Below, piece by piece: positions 25,996 through 38,116 of a stretch of 64,000 bases of DNA. The first letter of the stretch is position 1, and the number at the start of each line of letters is the position of its first letter. The DNA lies in the NCBI GenBank assembly GCA_032718475.1, contig JAUCBJ010000486.1:1-64000 (forward strand), read 5' to 3'. Below the pieces are notes generated by a model. The model was not told where the DNA came from. It did no database searches and worked only from the letters and a program-made list of their open reading frames with translations. The position numbers and the translations under genes were made by a program. Source of the DNA: Nemertoderma westbladi. Taxonomy: Eukaryota; Animalia; Xenacoelomorpha.

Positions 25996-26626
25996 ATTCA
26001 GAGTTTATGCGATTATTCACAACATTCAAGTCCCCAAGTTTGTTCCTACAGTAATTGTGTTTGTTATACATACCGCTATAGTTAAATTAACCTCGGTACT
26101 ACACGGGCTGCTTGGCGTAGGTAAAGACTGGTGATTTTGTGCATCGGTCACTCCAGCAGATGCCGTGGTTCTTTTAGCTGTTCAAGTATATTTAACTACT
26201 GATTATTTGTTGTACAAGTACTCGTACCTAATTTAGGGTTTAGTGTACAGTGCTTTCCGAAGTAATTATTGTAGACATTATATCTGTGTTGTAAAGTGGT
26301 TGATAGGCACATTCGATTAGCTCTATTAACTTCTAGGTAGGAACACTCCGTGATACATAACGTAGAACCTATAGCGATACGGCTATAGGTCGTCAGGCGG
26401 TGGTATTTTCCTATCTAGACAACGCAGTGTATTTACTACTACTTATTATTTCAAATACCGTAGTACCCTGTCCGCTGTAATAATCAGTTTTCTAACCCTT
26501 TGTTAGGCTGGTTTGTAGACTTCTTGTAAAATTACCCTAAAAATTCGTATTTGTGTTTTTGTAAAATTTTGTGTTTATTTAGAGATTGTAATCTCAACCC
26601 AAATTGTACGTAATTTGTAGTATTAA

Positions 26627-28055
26627 CCCCTTAACGAATTATCCCGAATAAATTCGGGTTCAAGAAAATGGATAATTCAGACTAACCCGAGTTAACTCGT
26701 GCAAACAGCTTTCTGTTGAAAACTGAAACCAAACTCGAATATAGCCGTGAATTATTTGATTGGATATCTAAAAATAGCTTACCTTAGCCAAGTGGAAAAC
26801 TTTAACAATGATATAGATGCTGATTTGTGATTGGTTTTATGATGTAAATGGATTGTTTGTGGCCTCTATGAGACACACAACTTCCAGCCCTGCAGATCAA
26901 TTTCTTATTGGTTGTGTTCCAGCAATAATAACTTAGTTAGGTACGGGTAGTTACAACAATAACATGCAGATCTATTGTATATTGGAGATTTCATTATTTA
27001 CATTCTTCATTCTTTATATTTTATCCTTTATTTGTTTTGTTACCGCACCGGTACGTTGCCAAATTACTTTTTAAAAATATAATTTTATAATATTTCTAAA
27101 TGACCCAAATCTGACCCAGTTGCTAGACCAAGGGGGCGGCCATCTTTGTCTGATAATCCTGCCCGCCTTAGCGAACGCCATTTCCCTGATATAATACCAT
27201 CCACAACGAAGAAAAATCCGACCAGAGTTTGTGTTGTTTCTTCCAAGAAGAAGGATTCCAGGGGGAAAAAGGTGCGCCGTGAATCTAAATCGTGTAAGAG
27301 CTTGGAAGTAGCTGTAATGTTGTCAAAGTTAAAAATTATTTCAAATAACTGACAATTTTGTCTGACAAACAGACAACCCTCAAATCAGTCTTACAAACAA
27401 ACGAGAAAACACACTGGACAGAAAAGTGTACAGTAAGCTTGTTTTACAAAGAGTCATTCGTGATGCAGTCCATAGATTTTCAAAAATTTCAGTAAATACT
27501 GATGTCTATACAAGCAAATGCACAGACAAACAGACCGACGGACAGACAAACAGACTTGCAGACAACTAGACGAAGAGTAAACAGATCGACATACTTCAGA
27601 ACAACTATTATAGAACTAGATGAAAGAAATGAAAATATACTGTATGTGCTTGGAAATTTTGTCATTGTGTGTAAATACAAATAGTTGCACTTTTTTTGTT
27701 TCAGAAATCGGACAAATTTTGTCGGACAACAACAGATGTACAAACAGACTTATAGTACAGACTTTAGTGTGAATTTTATTTATCAAACCAATAATTATAT
27801 GGTGCACACTTTTTTATTATTATTTTTATTTTTATATTATTTTTTCGCGAATTTACATGATTATTTCATGCACGAGTTAACTCGGGATGAGTTCTTGATA
27901 GCTTATAGAAGGCTGGATATTTCACTAAAAAATGCATATATTTTACTGGAAATATATTTTTTTTCATCCGCTAGTTATAGGCTATCGAAAATGACAATAA
28001 AAAAAATAGGTCATTTTTTGACAGGTTGCCGCTAAAAAAGTGGTTCGTTAAGAGG
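26627..28055 (+). mobile_element. Non-autonomous piggyBac relic inside B
   Basis: TTAA on both sides (26623-26626, 28056-28059); TIRs CCCCTTAACGAA / TTCGTTAAGAGG. The internal peptide RLSERHFPDIIPSTTKKNPTRVCVV..KKVRRES resembles the piggyBac transposase C-terminal Cys-rich domain. Confidence 0.85.
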
Positions 28056-28736
28056 TTAAGTAACTTAGGTAAATTAGTATTATTTGTTTTAGTGTCCTGT
28101 ACGTAACACTTCACTGAAAGCGCACCGCTTTGTGTAGTGATTACTCCCCAGAAATAATAACATTTATTTCAAACATTGACAAAACCCATTAAAAACGGGT
28201 ATATATATATTATAAATCAAATCTAACGATTTATAAATCGTAGGCCTACCATACAACCATTAGGCCTCAATATCAGTTGGATTACTGCTCAAATAACGGT
28301 AATAAAGTAAGTAAAGTAACCAAGTAACCCTAAAATTCAGAAATTCAATTATTTAAAATAATTGATATACCGGTATTCTCGATAGGCCTATTATCTTTAT
28401 TTCTATAAATTTTGGCTGAAATTATACCAGTACTTGTAATTAATTCTAGTCCAGAATTATATATACTACAAACTGTAAGTAGTATACCGGTATTCCGATA
28501 GGCCTATTATATGTTTATATATATTTGTGCTAAAATTATACCGGTATTCTGTGATAAACCTAGTCTGTAATAATAGTTATATATACTATAAGCATACCGG
28601 TATTCTAATATATTATATATCACTCTACACTGAGTAGCAGTACCGGTAATTAATTACTAGGCTAGTAGGTAATACTGAGTTACTAGACTTACTCAGACTG
28701 TAATACAGCAGTAGACATTCAACGGTATACATAGTC

Positions 28737-31700
28737 ATGTCTGATACTAAGCAGAACCTGTCAGACAGTTTATTAGATGTAACTATCTGCGACTCAGATA
28801 GAGACGTACCACTGTCTGGTCGTAAATCCAGTTCACCTCCCACTGTGAGGAAAGTCATCCCTCCAGTAGTAATAACAGAACCTAGGCTGGTCCAACATCG
28901 TAGGTCTATCATAGGCACCCGAGCTCAGGTCAAGCGGGACCAACAAGCGGCGGAACAGCAACAACCCGCTAGTCAAGAACTTATTCCTCAGCGGCCCAGC
29001 AGCTCCAGTAGTGAGGATACTGTAGAGCTGACACCCGAGAGCGGAGCAGAGATGACGGATGCGGTTTATACGGATCCCCTTCTCATCCTTCCTGCAGCCG
29101 TGCTCGCTGGGTTATTGATCGCGGTGGAAGAACACCAGATCGATTGGGCGAGAAGTCAACGGTCAACTAGAGATAGCTACGCGGGCTACACTAGTGAACA
29201 ACTGAAGTCTATTGTCGAGTCGCAATGGAACTTCCCCGGACCCGGACTCCCGTTTGATTTATCAGAAGCTGCCTGGGAAGACATACACCGGATGGGAGTA
29301 GCCAAGGAAACCATCGATCCAGCTGTGTGGAAGAGGTCCGCAGCCGGATACACACAGGGATTCTTCAGCTCTATGGAGCGAATAGAAAAGCAACTTTTTC
29401 AACAACCTCAAGGACCTCAAAAGCAGGGATCGCTGCTTTATCAAGTTAGAGAAAGAGTTCTGCGGATTAGGCTAATCTTATCCGCCTTTGAGGAGGCTTC
29501 TAAAAGAAAACAAGACACGTCGTTGCAAGTTGCCGTAAAGACTTGGTTTCAACGGGTGAGTCGCCAGGTTCAAGGAGCAGCTCAGTGGAAAGCTCAGTTG
29601 GAGGAGCGCTCAACCCATGGAGAATCAACAGACGCTACTTTTTCCCAAGTGGAAAGTGAAGCGACGGCAGAGAAACCGCATAAGAGGGATGCCATTGACA
29701 TCTATCTGTCAGACTATCAGCGTTTCGTAGGTGATGAAGAGTTGCGGAGAAGACTAGATGGGCTTAGCTCTAATAGTGAAGGAGCCCAGCGTGTGTTGGA
29801 TGCAATTGATGTGGATAGGTTAGCGGCGAACCAAGCTAAATTCGATGAACAACTCCGCATCGCTAGAGAACAAGAAGAACAAGTAAGAAAAAAACGTATA
29901 GAAGACAGAAAGATAGCAGCAGTGGCAGAGGCGGAAAGAAAAGCGACCTTGGCAGAAGCAGCGGCAGAGGCAAAAGCGGCAGCAGCAGAAGCAGAGGCAA
30001 AGGCAACAAAAGCAGCAGCAGAAGCAGAGGCAAAGGCAACAAAAGCAGCAGCAGAAGCAGAGGCAACAGCGGCAGCAGCAGAAGCAGAGGCAAAGGCAAC
30101 AGCGGCAGCAGCAGAAGCAAAGGCAGAGGCAAAAGCGGCAGCGGCAGAGATAAAAGCGGCAGCGGTGGCGGAAGCAGAACGGAGAGCATCTGAAGAGGCA
30201 ACCCAACTAGAGTTGGAAAATCTACAAGAGAGGCAAGACAACTTCAATAAACAGTTAACAGCTAGTAATATGCAGATGATGAATCGATCTACTCCCAAAA
30301 GACAGGGATATACATCATCTGAGGAAGGCGATACCACCGATACTGAAGGCAAGGGAAATAGATCTCGTCCAAGTAGACGTAAAAGAACATTCCACCGTCA
30401 GAAATTGCCTGATTTGCCTCCAGCTGTTAGAAGGCAACTAAATAACACTAACTTAGGTAGTACTGAGCCCACAGACCAAATAATTAAAATAGAAAGACTC
30501 CCTACTATAGTAGATGAGCCTGAAATAATTAGGCCTGTTCTTGAAATCACCCCTACGGTAATAGATACACCTGTGCTCCCTGAAGCTACCTATAAATTCC
30601 CTCTACATAGCACTAAGCTACCTGTGCCCCGTAGAACTGCCCGAGAGACAGTTCAGGTCCTGGACCCCGAGCAAAATATTCCGAATTTGTCGCCCGTTGT
30701 CCCTTGTCTGCCCGCTACGACGTTGGCGGATCCCGTTTCGGCGGTTGATTGGGTAGACGAGAGACGGCGGGGGATGGATATTCTCCTCGGAGAGATGAAG
30801 GAGAATCGGATACGCTCCTCCCAACAGGTCCGAGAGTTGGAAGGGACTGTCCAACATTTAAAGGGAACAGTGAGGGAAAGCAAGTTAGAGTTGCAAGAAG
30901 TGCAGCAAAATATCGCGCTAGAGCGCGATAAATTAGTAAATTTACAAAAGGGTATACCACCACCCCCTGTAACAATGTGTCAACCCGTTAGGTCTGAAGT
31001 ATCTCATGCGCAAGGTGTGGAGCCTACACGCATTTATACTGCTAGCGAAGTAGAAACTCCTATAGTGAACCCTATTAAGGGTAATTATAGACCTGTTTGT
31101 AATGATATTCCCTATGGAACTGATCATAATCCGAGGAATTTATATACCGATAACTCGATATTAAATAGCACGATGGCCCAAGAAAGTTTTACGCGTCAAA
31201 TGGCTAGAACCGAAGCCCGGCAAGCGGTAAAGGTTGGAGAGATCGTCAAGTTCAATGGAGATGAGATGAAATGGTTACCTTTTAATGAATATTACAAAGA
31301 TAACATACAGAACTCTGTACTATCTAATGGAGAAAAACTTAGATACCTCATCGAGTGCTTGGAAGGATCTCCCAAGTTAATGGCGTTAAGGTTTATTGGA
31401 CATCCAGACGGATTAAGACAAGTTTGGGATACACTAAACATCAGGTATGGTAATAGGAATAACATAGCTGGGTATTTGTATGCAAAGTTGGTAGCGCCCC
31501 GAAAGTTTATTAGCAGCGGGATTATAGAGTTTTCCGATGAAATTCAGGAGATCTGCAGACAATTAGATTGGCTAGGTAAGTCTCATGAGTATCAGAGTGC
31601 TATGGTTATTAGAGCAGTGGCTTCTACTTTGCCGAAGGGTGGAGTAGGTACACGCTGGGATAAGAAAGTGTTATATATGATGGAACAACAACAACGAGAC

Positions 31701-33824
31701 CCTACCATGGCTGATCTCATGTCATTCTTAGATAGAGAAGTGAAATTACAGCTCCTAAGGCAGTCCAGAGAGAAGACATTGGAAAACAAGGTAAGTGAGA
31801 AACCCGTTTCTAGGAGAAGGGTAACACCAGTATGTTATACCGACGACGGTGAAAGCCAAACTTCTCAAGGAGAGGACAGCGGGAAAGACACTGACAGATC
31901 TTATTATGTCAATAAATTGCCTAAAGATCAGGTAAGTAAATCCGAGTCTCGACCCAATGACAGAAGGGAACTGGTACAAAAAACCCCTCCTACGTCTCCT
32001 AAAAGAATTCAGGTGAGAAAGCCCGAGGAAAGAACAAGTGTGCACCACACAGCACATGTTAAAGTAAGTAACATCAAGCCCAAATGTGTGCTGTGCGACG
32101 GGCCCCACCGTTTAAATGCGTGTGATAAATTCCTGAGGAAATCACTCGAGGATAGACGTGAAGTCATGTGGGATAAGCGGTTGTGTTATAATTGCCTCAG
32201 ACGAGGACACCAACGGCGAACCTGTAACTCCGACGCAAGGTGTGCAAAGTGCGGCGCAAAACATCATATCTTGTTGCACACGGAATTCGAACGAAACAGC
32301 CCGAGTCAGGTAAGTGAGTCCGAACTACATGTCCAATTCAGTGATGTGAACGACACTGATCAATCTGAGATGGAAGGATTCTATACGGACGAGTTCTCCG
32401 ACCAAAACGAATCCTGTTACCTAATAAACACCACCGCAGTGTATCGAGCACTCGTGTATGAGAAAGACACAGACAGCGACCTTACCTTAACTACTTCCGA
32501 TCAACAACCATCTTGGAAAGCGCCAACTTCCAATATAGGAATCCGAGAATTTCCTGTAGTCCAGTTACGGGTCTACGGACCTCAGAAGAGCTATATAGTG
32601 AACGCCCTCCTGGACTCCGGTAGCACAGGAACATTCATCGATAAAGAACTAGCCGAAGTCATCTTTGCTGGACAACCCAAGTTCCGAACCATGCTAAACA
32701 TGTCAGGGATCATGCAGGTTTGGAATTCTACTGTAGCTGCCGACTATTATATAGGTGAGTTGTCCACCCCCCAGGACGAACTAGGAGAACATAGCATCAG
32801 GTCAGTGAAAATGGTGGCTATAAAGAACTTCGCTACTACTCAAGCAGACCTTTATAATTGGGACGAGGATGAGAGCATCCAACATCTTAACATACCTCGA
32901 TTACAGACTGATTATCCTGGAGTGCAAATACTCATCGGCCAAAACGCGCATGAGGCGCTGGAGACATTAGAGAAACGGCCTGCTCAACCGCAGCCACTAC
33001 AGACCTATGCGGTAAGAACTAGAGTAGGTTGGTACCTTACTGGACCTTCCGGTAGAACGCTCAGGGAAAGACTGCTTCAAGATCGCGTCTGCCAGATGAG
33101 TGAATGGGAAGATGATACTAGTGAGGGAGACGACCCAACTGAGGGAACACCACACTCCTCAGATAATGACAATCTTAGCTCCAATGTAGATCAATGGAGA
33201 TATTGCCCCAAGAAGTTTAATCCAACGGACATCGCTTCCAGAGGAGCAACTCCTCAAGAACTGACAGATACTATAGACCGGTTAGGTGAACCCGACTTCC
33301 TGAGTAAGGAGAATGAATGGCCTCCCCATCTTACTCCGACTGAGATTAGACCAGCCAAGGGAGCGGAGAAAGTCGAACCTGAAACCCGGACGGGTGGATC
33401 GGAGTTATTTGAACCCGGGATAGATCTGTCGGTATTACATGTTACCAGGGACGACGCCGTGGATCTGGGCCTCCCCTCCGCGAGTGGATCCTTCATGAAG
33501 ATCAGAGAGAGCGATTGGAGCTCTGGAACATCAGACGTCTCGCAGGGACTCTCACCTCTCCTGCAGAGAGCGACGGACCACTATAGCTCCTGGAATCAGC
33601 TTTGTGACGCCGTCATATACTTTGAGCGATGTTTCTATCGTCACTATTCCAGGACGAAGAGGAAACCTGGAATTGTATTCAGGATGCAGCGACTCAATCA
33701 CCCAGTCGGTCGTTTGTGTTTATCGGAAGGGAATGGAGGACTCTCCGGAAACTGTGGAAGGCAAGATTCTCTTCCCACGACCACCTCCCTAATCCTTCAA
33801 ACATCTAGGGACTCCATAACGTAA
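28737..33824 (+). CDS. gag: BEL/Pao Gag-protease polyprotein (1695 aa) fused in frame to an RNase H C-terminal remnant; RT and IN absent
   Basis: DUF1759-like IVKFNGDEMKWLPF..EKLRYL; triple Cys motif CVLCDGPH / CYNCLRRGHQRRTC / CAKCGAKHHILLH; PR ALLDSGSTGT; then QWRYCPKKFNPTDIASRG. No YxDD motif. Confidence 0.92.
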   Translation: MSDTKQNLSDSLLDVTICDSDRDVPLSGRKSSSPPTVRKVIPPVVITEPRLVQHRRSIIGTRAQVKRDQQAAEQQQPASQELIPQRPSSSSSEDTVELTPESGAEMTDAVYTDPLLILPAAVLAGLLIAVEEHQIDWARSQRSTRDSYAGYTSEQLKSIVESQWNFPGPGLPFDLSEAAWEDIHRMGVAKETIDPAVWKRSAAGYTQGFFSSMERIEKQLFQQPQGPQKQGSLLYQVRERVLRIRLILSAFEEASKRKQDTSLQVAVKTWFQRVSRQVQGAAQWKAQLEERSTHGESTDATFSQVESEATAEKPHKRDAIDIYLSDYQRFVGDEELRRRLDGLSSNSEGAQRVLDAIDVDRLAANQAKFDEQLRIAREQEEQVRKKRIEDRKIAAVAEAERKATLAEAAAEAKAAAAEAEAKATKAAAEAEAKATKAAAEAEATAAAAEAEAKATAAAAEAKAEAKAAAAEIKAAAVAEAERRASEEATQLELENLQERQDNFNKQLTASNMQMMNRSTPKRQGYTSSEEGDTTDTEGKGNRSRPSRRKRTFHRQKLPDLPPAVRRQLNNTNLGSTEPTDQIIKIERLPTIVDEPEIIRPVLEITPTVIDTPVLPEATYKFPLHSTKLPVPRRTARETVQVLDPEQNIPNLSPVVPCLPATTLADPVSAVDWVDERRRGMDILLGEMKENRIRSSQQVRELEGTVQHLKGTVRESKLELQEVQQNIALERDKLVNLQKGIPPPPVTMCQPVRSEVSHAQGVEPTRIYTASEVETPIVNPIKGNYRPVCNDIPYGTDHNPRNLYTDNSILNSTMAQESFTRQMARTEARQAVKVGEIVKFNGDEMKWLPFNEYYKDNIQNSVLSNGEKLRYLIECLEGSPKLMALRFIGHPDGLRQVWDTLNIRYGNRNNIAGYLYAKLVAPRKFISSGIIEFSDEIQEICRQLDWLGKSHEYQSAMVIRAVASTLPKGGVGTRWDKKVLYMMEQQQRDPTMADLMSFLDREVKLQLLRQSREKTLENKVSEKPVSRRRVTPVCYTDDGESQTSQGEDSGKDTDRSYYVNKLPKDQVSKSESRPNDRRELVQKTPPTSPKRIQVRKPEERTSVHHTAHVKVSNIKPKCVLCDGPHRLNACDKFLRKSLEDRREVMWDKRLCYNCLRRGHQRRTCNSDARCAKCGAKHHILLHTEFERNSPSQVSESELHVQFSDVNDTDQSEMEGFYTDEFSDQNESCYLINTTAVYRALVYEKDTDSDLTLTTSDQQPSWKAPTSNIGIREFPVVQLRVYGPQKSYIVNALLDSGSTGTFIDKELAEVIFAGQPKFRTMLNMSGIMQVWNSTVAADYYIGELSTPQDELGEHSIRSVKMVAIKNFATTQADLYNWDEDESIQHLNIPRLQTDYPGVQILIGQNAHEALETLEKRPAQPQPLQTYAVRTRVGWYLTGPSGRTLRERLLQDRVCQMSEWEDDTSEGDDPTEGTPHSSDNDNLSSNVDQWRYCPKKFNPTDIASRGATPQELTDTIDRLGEPDFLSKENEWPPHLTPTEIRPAKGAEKVEPETRTGGSELFEPGIDLSVLHVTRDDAVDLGLPSASGSFMKIRESDWSSGTSDVSQGLSPLLQRATDHYSSWNQLCDAVIYFERCFYRHYSRTKRKPGIVFRMQRLNHPVGRLCLSEGNGGLSGNCGRQDSLPTTTSLILQTSRDSIT

Positions 33825-36800
33825 CAACATATGGAGTGGGTGTGTGACTCTATTATTTTATATTATTTTATTATTTTTATATTTATGTATGTATTACTAT
33901 GTAATTCTATTATAATCGTTTTCTTTAATTTTATTCAGTAGAATGTTATTTTAGCGATTATTTTGTAGAATAGTGCAATATATATTCGCGTTTATTACTT
34001 AATTACGTATATATTATATTTAGTGCGACGGCGAAGAAATAATTATTTTTCTCTTTCCTTACTGTCCGTATTATATTATAAATACGTGACTACAGTAAGA
34101 TGAAATGTCCGTACTTATTAAAGTACAATAAAGCCACTACTATATTTAAGTATTATTGGTAGGCAGAGTATTAGGAATGCAAAGTTCAGATCCTCGTGTC
34201 TCGGCTAAACCAAGCTCTGGGTAGACCTTGGAAACGACTTGCCTCTTCACACTGACATTGCTTCGTGCGATATTGCTCTCATACCGTATATTAAATAATA
34301 CATATAGTAGCGTGATGTCCCTTTAACAGTAGCGTATAACGCAAAATAAATCTGTTAAACCCTTTGACCATCTGTAATTCTAGTCGATTAAGATATCGCG
34401 GCACCCACCGATATACTTGAAAGACAAATTCTAGAATCAGTGGTTAACGTCCCCAGACAAGTTCTGGAATAAATCGGTGCCCATCTCAAATATTAATTAA
34501 TTAATATTTGCAAAATCTAATAAATCAAAATCTGTAAAATTCAGATCCTTCAATAATTCTAGTCAATTAAGATATCGTAGTATTTACCGATATTCTTAAG
34601 AAGACAATTGTCATAGAATTAAGGATCTTGTGTCCCTAGACATGTTCTAGAATCAAAACATGTCCATTTAATTATCAAATAATAAAATTTCAGGGAATAA
34701 ATTTAAATTCATGTCTTTTAATGAATTTAATAAATTGCCATTTTTACGCAATTTATAAAGTTCCCAAAATTCCATTAATTAATAGATCAAGGGAGCGGAG
34801 ATTTATCTTATCATGCGTATGAGTGTGTGAAAGTCTCCCAAACATAGTCAATAGCCGATAAAATTCATAAAGTCATGTATAAAACAGAACATTGACTATT
34901 AAAGAATTACTATTAAATAACATCCCAGATCTGTATGCATTGGAATCACCCTAATTCTACCGCTAGCTTTGCATAATGTCACCATAGCAACAACCACGCT
35001 AGAATTAGAATTGAGTTAAAAGAACAATAGAAAACTTGTCCCATTGAATAGCATAGGGAATAAATAGCGCACTACTAGTATCCAAGGATACATAATAATA
35101 CAGTGACATTCTGGAAGGCATTGACTAACGGACAAATGGCCCGAATGTGTGTAATTTGTGACAAGTTGTGTGTGTGGTATTTGTGAGTTTATAGGTGAAT
35201 GTTACTGCTAAGGTGTGTTTACAGTAGCCAGTCGCAATCGTAAAGTAACCTAACTCTCCAAGGAAAACCTGAAGTACATCTAAGCCTTTGGGACGGACAG
35301 TCGAGTGACTTGTGCCGGTTGTCGTTGTCGTTGTGCGGCTACGTCGTTGGCGAAAGTACAGCGGCGACGACACATCGGCGCTGAGGATCTCGTACTGTCC
35401 GGGGGTTAATTGGAGTAGGCAGCGACGCTCGCTAGCCTGAATATAAACTCATTATAATATGGATAAACTCATATAGCAGATATGGTTGAGTTGATAGAAG
35501 ATGATCTTGGTATCGGGGAGCGATATACTCTACTTTTGCAAGCGTTTGTTGATAGCTTAATACGCGGTGACGTTAGTCTAACTGCTGCGGAGGACGATGG
35601 TCGTTATATCGAACCGACAATGTCCCAAGTGCAGCTCTCGCGAGAGTTGGACTATAGAAATTTCGCTGCTCGCTACACGCATTGTAATGGTATGTATATG
35701 GACTTCTTAACCATTGACCATTCTATCGATTTACACAATACGGACTATGTCGACTATATATCCTGCCCAGCGGAGTCTGAACCATAAACTGAAATTCGAA
35801 TGCGAAAATTCTATTCGAAATCGGCTCGAAAGAAAAGACATTAAAGAAACAAATAAACGCGGTAACTCCAACATATATTTGGAATTCTTGATAGAATCAT
35901 TGTAACTACAAATAAATATCATCCGCGTTTCCCCTACCAGACGTGCGTCTTGGGTATTATTACGGTAAATGCCCTAGACCTAGCCAATAAACGGAAAGAC
36001 ATAAACATCCACGGAAACGTTGTGTTAAATACAGTTGTGTTCGTTATATTTACTGGAGTTTCGAGCGAAACTTGTTTGACGTATCACCTATGCTCACTCG
36101 GCTCTAACGATCCTAGAGTAAACCTACGATCAGAGTCCCGGAATACTCGGTCAAACCTCCTCATTCCTTAGTTGGACCTCAGACCTGCGATCCTGGTGGT
36201 GTCGCGGATCCTCGCGGACGGTATTCACTGTTCAAAGATCTAGTGCTACTCTAACAATTAATCGGTAACACTCCGACAGTGATTTCTAGCTAGCCGCCCA
36301 TCTTACCTAGCCGGATTGTGACGCGGACACCTAATATCACTATCCAACCGTATGGTCGTCCCCGTTTAACGCGATACAACCCCTCATCAAGGTGAAGGAG
36401 AGCTTTGTACGAAACGAGTTAAACGCTATTCTATAAAGATCAAAAGAGAAACCTGCGTTTGTTCAGATAAACGTAAGTTATAACAGTAAGTCCAGTCGAT
36501 AAACGAATTGGCCTTATCTCAATTCGATTGGGAAATCCAGAATCTCTAAGAAGTTATTGAACTTGGACGATCCTATTCTCTGCGAGAGTTTTTGGATGAA
36601 CGTATCCAGCTACGAGCGGAGGAAAATCAGCTCGAGGAGAAGCATATCGAAACGGCAGATACCTCGACCATAAACCTACACCTTCTGATGCAATCATATT
36701 GCACCCTTCACCCAGGAGTTATGGCCCTCCTAGTAAAGTGGCTCCCCCCAAAGAGAAAAAGACTCTTGCTAGCCTCAAAAAACTGCGTAAACGCCGTCTG

Positions 36801-36885
36801 CGTAAGAAAGACTAACTGTTTAGAGTATCTTTATATTTTAGAAACTGTGATTTTGTATATTTTATAGACTTAAATCCCATTTTCT

Positions 36886-36893
36886 GGGAGTGG
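36886..36893 (+). promoter_or_regulatory. Polypurine tract of element B
   Basis: GGGAGTGG directly before the TG of the 3' LTR. Confidence 0.75.
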
Positions 36894-38116
36894 TGTAAAA
36901 GCTTTTGCTGAATTGTCCGGTTATTTTTCCTTATTTTTCCCGTAAAATACTCTGTAGTTGGTTTACCAGGCATAAAAAGGCCGTGTCCTTGCTGTACTGG
37001 TGTTTTAGCGGACATAAAAGCTATTTCTTCTGTATTTGTACTTTAGAGGACATAATCCGTAATTCCGTGACGTAAAAGCTCGATACTCTTGAAAACAGTG
37101 TCGCTACCATGACGACGGCTAGCAGCTGATATTGACACGTCGACGTTTCTTTGTTTCTCTGTTCTCTCGTTGTTCAGGTTGACCAATCAGAGCGTTTGTT
37201 ATCTCTGTGTTGGAGGTATATACAGAAACTCAGTAGTTCAGTGTTATGTTTTTGACCAGAGCCTAAGAACCGGCTTTGGCACCTCCGTGTTTTCAGTTTT
37301 TAGTCTTACACTAGTAGGTTTAATTATAAAGGGCATATATCCTTTAACTGACATACCGATCAAACTCATGGAATCACTGCTAACTGATCATACATACTGA
37401 CTGCTGAAACATTGCAAACTCATAACAATCAGTGTTCAGTTGTTGTTTTATACTGCTATTTGTTGTCGGTTATTCATTATATTTGTTGATGAATTATTAT
37501 ATTGGAATAACGAGAAATAACCCCGACACCCAATATTCTTGATATACCGAAGGTAAGAGAGAAAGGTTACAGATAAACGATTGTGACTTATGTTAAAGTG
37601 GTTTGAAGTGAATCTAATGTTATTTGATAGACCCTACATGAGTCAGTCTGTGTTCCTTTTATATGTGACTAAAATCAGTGAAGATTGGCAGATTAGTGTG
37701 CAGTATTGTGCAGCATTGTGTATGAGTGAGTCTGTTAAAGAAGCAATTCCTAAAGAATGCGCCATATATGTGAATTATAATTAAGCCATATCGTTGTGAG
37801 TAGTTTAAGTCATAACTCTGTTTATATAGATAAAGCGCCACGTCCTAAAGGAACTGTTAATATTACCGAAGGTGAATAATATTGTCAGAGATTATATAAT
37901 ACTGTCAGTCGAATAATACATTAGGCTTACATAGCAATAAAATTAAACCGTCGAACCCAATCTCCCGGGAATCCCCAGCGGGTGAATGGTCGCGCACGGA
38001 TTGGTTTCGACTAGTGTAGTGAATCAAATACTTGTCATAGACTAAAAACAGATTTAATATCTAGAAGACATCTTAATTTGGTGGGTTAAACTGCCAAAGG
38101 TCTGAAAGCGCGAACA
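36894..38116 (+). repeat. 3' LTR of element B
   Basis: Direct repeat of 23932-25154, followed by the TSD TCTTC. Confidence 0.97.

Larger units (their letters stand above)
23932..38116 (+). mobile_element. BEL/Pao LTR element B, young and non-autonomous (Gag-PR only), inserted antisense into A
   Basis: 1223-bp TG..CA LTRs (23932-25154, 36894-38116) with about 4 differences seen; 5-bp TSD TCTTC (23927-23931, 38117-38121); PPT GGGAGTGG. Confidence 0.97.

Noticed and set aside
29717-30352. Poly-Ala/Ser, poly-Cys and poly-Leu/Pro minus-strand ORFs
   Set aside because: Antisense shadows of the AEAKA repeat in gag.
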